This document shows positions 15,522 through 18,214 of a DNA stretch of 18,214 nt, one piece after another; the first letter of the stretch is position 1, and the number at the start of each line of letters is the position of its first letter. Both the position numbers and the translations under genes were made by a program. The notes beneath the pieces are model-generated. The model saw only the letters and a list, made by a program, of their open reading frames with translations. It was not told the DNA's origin and made no database searches. The stretch spans positions 1-18,214 of the forward strand of contig JAWSUT010000041.1 of assembly GCA_033549345.1 (NCBI GenBank). Direction: 5' to 3'. The stretch is from Bacillota bacterium. GTDB taxonomy: Bacteria; Bacillota; Dethiobacteria; Dethiobacterales; Dethiobacteraceae.

Positions 15522-15902
15522 TTATCGCGTCACCACTTTTTTTAACAAGGCAATATCATCTTCGTGGCGCAGTAGAGTCTTTTCCGTTTCCTTTTGAAAC
15601 CGCAGTGAGGCTGTTCTAAATTCAAGCAAACCGGCTGTCTGTTCATAAATGACCTCAACCTTGCCGCTAAGATTTTTCAGGTCATGTTGCATTTGTTGCT
15701 GGTTATTTTCCAGTGTATCCATCCGGCCTTCCAGCTTGTCCATGCGCCCATCCAGCTTGTCCATCCGGCCTTCCAGCTTGTCCATGCGCCCATCCAGCTT
15801 GTCCATCCGGCCTTCCAGCTTGTCCATGCGCCCGTCGAGCTTATCCATGCGCTGATCCAAGGAAGTAACTTTCTCCAGGATCTGGTTTAAAACTTTTTCC
15901 AC
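15522..15902 (-). CDS. coiled-coil protein with a tandem 14-residue (DGRMDKL/EGRMDKL) repeat
   Basis: GTG start with GGAGGG 4 nt upstream. The heptad-periodic repeat RMDKL(D/E)G occurs 7 times and is followed by a helical C-terminal domain (…LLEFRTASLRFQKETEKTLLRHEDDIALLKKV). No transmembrane segment and no family assignment. Confidence 0.7.
   Translation of the reverse strand: MEKVLNQILEKVTSLDQRMDKLDGRMDKLEGRMDKLDGRMDKLEGRMDKLDGRMDKLEGRMDTLENNQQQMQHDLKNLSGKVEVIYEQTAGLLEFRTASLRFQKETEKTLLRHEDDIALLKKVVTR
15720..15845. repeat. three perfect/near-perfect 42-bp tandem repeats (each made of two 21-bp half-units) inside the coiled-coil CDS
   Basis: Units CATCCGGCCTTCCAGCTTGTC + CATGCGCCCATCCAGCTTGTC. 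Copies 1 and 2 are identical; copy 3 has a few substitutions. A degenerate half-copy follows at 15846-15862. Confidence 0.9.
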
Positions 15903-15936
15903 ACATATCCCTCCAAAACCATATTGCCTGAAGACA

Positions 15937-16033
15937 TTATAACACGGAAACGGATTTGGTTACACCATTTTTCTCACCGCCAACAGAACATATGTTTGCA
16001 TATATTCTAGCATGGGCAGGCTGAATATGTCAA
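15937..16033 (-). promoter_or_regulatory. tandem promoters for the coiled-coil gene: P1 -35 TTGACA (16033-16028), 18-nt spacer, -10 TAGAAT (16009-16004); P2 extended -10 TGtTATAAT (15945-15937)
   Basis: Hexamers read on the - strand. P2 is a textbook extended -10 promoter about 35 nt upstream of the GTG start. Confidence 0.5.
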
Positions 16034-16044
16034 GGAAACGTAAT

Positions 16045-16068
16045 AAAAAAGCCGTGGTTATCCACGGC
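16045..16068 (-). terminator. - strand rho-independent terminator just downstream of the tRNA-like fragment
   Basis: GCCGTGG/CCACGGC stem with a TTAT loop (16051-16068). The A6 run at 16045-16050 on the + strand gives a U-run on the - strand transcript. There is no T-run on the + side, so this terminates - strand transcription only. Confidence 0.6.
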
Positions 16069-16083
16069 TAATAGAATTCATTT

Positions 16084-16125
16084 ATGGCAGGGGTGACGCG
16101 ACTCGAACACGCAACCAACGGTTTT
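16084..16125 (-). other. tRNA 3'-end-like fragment (T-arm, acceptor 3' strand, discriminator and CCA): putative att core of the adjacent integrative element, not a complete tRNA
   Basis: The - strand reads …GCGTG-TTCGAGT-CGCGT-CACCCCT-G-CCA, with CCA at 16086-16084. That is a T-stem/TΨC-loop/acceptor arrangement. No D-arm, anticodon arm or matching acceptor 5' strand can be found upstream. A tRNA terminator lies immediately downstream on the - strand. Confidence 0.4.
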
Positions 16126-16204
16126 GGAGTGCGGTTAAATGTTTTGGGTCATATTCGGTATGGTTGGGAATGTGCCGTAGTTAAAGGGTTTATAAGTTTA
16201 TCGC

Positions 16205-16245
16205 TTCGGAATAATTCGGGAATATTGGGGACACTTCTGAATATA
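16205..16245. repeat. imperfect ~10-bp direct repeats (TTCGGAATA / TTCGGGAATA / TTGGGGACA / TTCTGAATATA) between the att core and the int stop
   Basis: Read directly from the sequence. About 10-bp phasing in the att arm. Candidate integrase arm-type or accessory-protein binding sites. Confidence 0.35.
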
Positions 16246-16276
16246 TTGTCTCCAAGTTGTCCCCAGAGCTTGTCCA

Positions 16277-17662
16277 CTACTTGACCGCAAACAGCCCATC
16301 CAACTTGTCCGCTGCTTCTTTGTCGGCACTCTTAAGGTGATGTGCATAGATATCCATTGTAGTGCTGATGTTGCTGTGGCCCAAGCGAGAGCTGATTGTC
16401 TTGGCATGGACACCTTGGCCGATTAAGAGCGTGGTTGAGGTGTGGCGTAATCCGTGAAAGTTAAGGTGGGGGAGATTGTGTCTGGCGAGGAATTGAGGGA
16501 ACCATTTACTGATTGTGTCAGGATGCATGGGCTGGCCGTCCCATGTTGTAAAAAGGCGGTTAGAGCCTTTCCATTTATTAATTCGGCTTGCTTTTTCTTC
16601 TCTTTGCCATGCCTGATACTTCTTCAGCAGAGCCATAACAGAAGCGGGAACTGATACAAGGCGCATATTTGTTTCGTTTTTAGGCTCCTTGGTTATAACT
16701 CCCTGGCCGGAAACGTATTGGCTGACCCGCTTAACATCCAGTGTGCATTTGTCAAAGTTAACATCGTCCCATTCCAGCCCCATTAACTCACCCCGGCGCA
16801 GGCCGGTCGCTATTGCCAGGACAATAATCGTTTTATAACCAAAGTTTGCTTCTGGTTCAGTATCCAGCGCTTTCAGAAGCGCAGCTGTCTGCTCTTCATC
16901 GTAGCAGGCTGCGGCCTTTCTTTTAACTTTGGGAGGCTTAACCCTTGCTGCAGGGTTTGTTGCGATGATCTGCCACTGAACGGCTTGTGTAAAAAGGCTG
17001 GACAGCAACCGGTGGTGATGAAGGATTGTAGAGTTCGAAAGCGGCTCCGGTTCTCCCTGTAAGGTAAATGCTTCTTCCATCTTTATACCGAGAACCTTGC
17101 TAACGGCCATGGCAACGTTTCTTGAGGCAAGTTTACCCTTCAGCACACTGGACAGGGTTCTTTTGTCAATACCGGCTTTGTCCGCTATCTCCTTGGTTTC
17201 CATGCTAGTAATCTTAATTGCTTCCAGGAACTTAGGTTGAGCCAGGTATTTTCCATCCAATCTCACACCTGCTTCTGTAAGGTTGTTATAAAACTCCACC
17301 AGGTGTAGGGGCTTAATCTGTTCAAGGCGTAAGTGTCCCATAGCCGGAATAATCCGGCTTTCAAGCAGTTCTTTATACCTAGCGAGTGTCTTAGGGGCCA
17401 GTTGCTTTTCGGCGTGTTCTTTTAGCCAGCGTTCGGCGAAGCCTGCAAGGGTTAGCTTTGTGGCACCAATAAACATTCCAGCTTCAAGTTCCGCAATAAA
17501 TTTTGCTAGTTCCTTTTCAGCTTCTTTTCTGGCAGCTGTTTCGGATTTAGCAGTTGTGGTAATTGTTTTTGTTTTGCGGACCCTGTTCTTTTTTCCGTCA
17601 AAACCACATGAAACCGTTAAACGCCAAGAATTTTGCCCACGCCGTTCAATGGAGCCGGCCAT
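16277..17662 (-). CDS. int: tyrosine site-specific integrase (phage integrase family), unusually long (461 aa), with an internal XRE-like HTH insertion
   Basis: Catalytic R…HxxR…Y signature present: HGLRHTSTT and GHSNISTTMDIYAHH. Basic N-terminal arm-binding region. GGGAGG ribosome-binding site 7 nt upstream of the ATG. About 75 residues (VRLDGKYLAQPKFLEAIKITSMETKEIADKAGIDKRTLSSVLKGK…MEEAF) split the conserved core-binding G-LS-x-x-TI motif. Confidence 0.9.
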   Translation of the reverse strand: MAGSIERRGQNSWRLTVSCGFDGKKNRVRKTKTITTTAKSETAARKEAEKELAKFIAELEAGMFIGATKLTLAGFAERWLKEHAEKQLAPKTLARYKELLESRIIPAMGHLRLEQIKPLHLVEFYNNLTEAGVRLDGKYLAQPKFLEAIKITSMETKEIADKAGIDKRTLSSVLKGKLASRNVAMAVSKVLGIKMEEAFTLQGEPEPLSNSTILHHHRLLSSLFTQAVQWQIIATNPAARVKPPKVKRKAAACYDEEQTAALLKALDTEPEANFGYKTIIVLAIATGLRRGELMGLEWDDVNFDKCTLDVKRVSQYVSGQGVITKEPKNETNMRLVSVPASVMALLKKYQAWQREEKASRINKWKGSNRLFTTWDGQPMHPDTISKWFPQFLARHNLPHLNFHGLRHTSTTLLIGQGVHAKTISSRLGHSNISTTMDIYAHHLKSADKEAADKLDGLFAVK

Positions 17663-17753
17663 AAGATAACCTCCCTTAGGTAATAAAATTAGGGGGATAC
17701 GTAATCTTCACAATACAAAAATAGTAAAAGAAATAAAAAAACAAAGAAAAAGT

Positions 17754-17782
17754 GTTGACTTAATTTTAACGTAAGTGTAAGA
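17754..17782 (+). promoter_or_regulatory. candidate housekeeping (sigma-A) promoter for the divergent excisionase-family gene (-35 TTGACT 17754-17759, 17-nt spacer, -10 TAAGAT 17777-17782)
   Basis: Hexamers and spacing read from the sequence. Lies in the AT-rich int/xis divergent region. Confidence 0.5.
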
Positions 17783-17829
17783 TAAAGTCAAAACATACGT
17801 TCCCCCACGGGGAATTGTGAGCCTCTTAG

Positions 17830-17887
17830 AAGGCCGAATGTCGATGCGCAGAAACTCTGGGTGCCGATTGTTCGGCCTTTTTGTTTT
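17830..17887 (+). terminator. leader hairpin plus U-tract (terminator-like, possible attenuator) between the promoter and the excisionase-family gene
   Basis: 9-bp stem AAGGCCGAA/TTCGGCCTT (17830-17838 / 17871-17879) with a 32-nt loop, followed by TTTGTTTT. A small tight hairpin TTCCCC-cac-GGGGAA at 17800-17814 lies just upstream. Confidence 0.35.
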
Positions 17888-17929
17888 GCTAAACAGAAAG
17901 GATTACGATGGCAGAAAGGAGACTGAAGT

Positions 17930-18142
17930 ATGAGAGCAACCTTAACCGCCAAAGAAGCCGCAGAGTATTTAGGGGTTAGCTACTGGTTGATTCTAGAATT
18001 GGTTAAGAGAAAAGAACTGGGTTGTATTCGGGCGGGGGGCCGGGTTCTGTTTAGGCAAAGCTCCCTGGATGAATGGATGGATCAGCAGGAAAGTTCAGTT
18101 CGGCAGGAGCCCCAGCGTGGTGTTCTGAGGAGAATCCAATGA
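17930..18142 (+). CDS. excisionase-family helix-turn-helix DNA-binding protein (Xis or small regulator)
   Basis: 70 aa. LTAKEAAEYLGVSYWLILELVKRKEL…RVLFRQSSLDEWM matches the excisionase/MerR-type HTH_17 pattern. AAAGGAG ribosome-binding site 9 nt upstream. Confidence 0.7.
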   Translation: MRATLTAKEAAEYLGVSYWLILELVKRKELGCIRAGGRVLFRQSSLDEWMDQQESSVRQEPQRGVLRRIQ

Positions 18143-18214
18143 TAAACTGCCGTTTTCTTAGCGGCTATTGAGACTAACTATATGAAGTCAAGGGTAATTT
18201 TCAAGGGATAAAGC

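Larger units (their letters stand above)
16084..18214. mobile_element. left end of an integrative element (prophage, ICE or genomic island) inserted at a tRNA 3' end and running past the window
   Basis: From left to right: att-like tRNA fragment, arm repeats, tyrosine integrase, divergent promoter, excisionase-family gene. Only about 2.1 kb is visible. The cargo and the right end are not in the window. Confidence 0.55.

Noticed and set aside
15720-15862. A CRISPR-like array.
   Set aside because: The repeats are directly tandem with no spacers, have a 21/42-bp period, and maintain an open reading frame encoding heptads. This is an intragenic coding repeat.
15649-15890. Two + strand ORFs encoding highly repetitive peptides (…RPSSLSMRPSSLSI… and …VHAPIQLVHPAFQL…).
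   Set aside because: They are frame shadows of the 42-bp tandem repeat. The - strand gene has the ribosome-binding site and promoters, and gives a sensible coiled-coil protein.
16084-16160. A complete tRNA gene on the - strand.
   Set aside because: Only the T-arm, acceptor 3' strand and CCA are recognisable. Upstream sequence shows no D-arm, no anticodon stem-loop, and no 5' acceptor strand complementary to CACCCCT. It was therefore reported only as a tRNA 3' fragment (att-like). A tmRNA was also ruled out, because its length would overlap int.
16084-16413. Short ORFs 16084-16284 (+) and 16198-16413 (-) overlapping the att arm and int 3' end.
   Set aside because: They have no ribosome-binding sites. 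They overlap the tRNA-like fragment and arm repeats, or the int coding region, so they are most likely non-coding.

Overview
This 18.2-kb window looks like chromosomal DNA from an endospore-forming Firmicute. The evidence is a YhcN/YlaJ-type sporulation lipoprotein, a Bacillus-type D-alanine aminotransferase, an NfeD–flotillin pair, GGAGG-type ribosome-binding sites and frequent GTG/TTG start codons. The window is dense with metabolic genes and runs, at its right edge, into the start of an integrative mobile element.

Left to right:
1. A tightly coupled five-gene + strand locus that recycles S-adenosylmethionine (SAM) by-products: ahcY, mtnP, mtnA, a FucA-like class II aldolase and mtaD.
2. 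A convergent yhcN/ylaJ-like lipoprotein gene.
3. An operon driven by a near-consensus housekeeping (sigma-A) promoter: surE, an unannotated 55-codon ORF, rtcB, deoC and a 4-oxalocrotonate-tautomerase-family gene, followed by a terminator.
4. An iron-containing alcohol dehydrogenase.
5. A membrane-anchored hypothetical protein.
6. An NfeD-like membrane protein followed by a flotillin (FloT/YuaG-like) gene.
7. A convergent dat gene.
8. Two small genes (a DUF5658-like membrane protein and a zinc-ribbon protein).
9. A - strand gene for a coiled-coil protein whose coding sequence contains three perfect 42-bp tandem repeats and which is driven by tandem promoters.
10. The island boundary: a - strand terminator, a tRNA 3'-end-like fragment (T-arm, acceptor and CCA) that is the putative att core, short direct repeats, a 461-aa tyrosine integrase carrying an apparent inserted XRE-type helix-turn-helix (HTH) domain, a divergent promoter with a leader hairpin and U-tract, and an excisionase-family HTH gene. 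The element continues past the end of the window.

No CRISPR array, rRNA, or complete tRNA could be supported. The two most interesting items are the consolidated SAM by-product locus, which plausibly works by a deamination-first route feeding a DHAP shunt, and the integrative-element junction with its unusual integrase and the adjacent repeat-containing coiled-coil gene.
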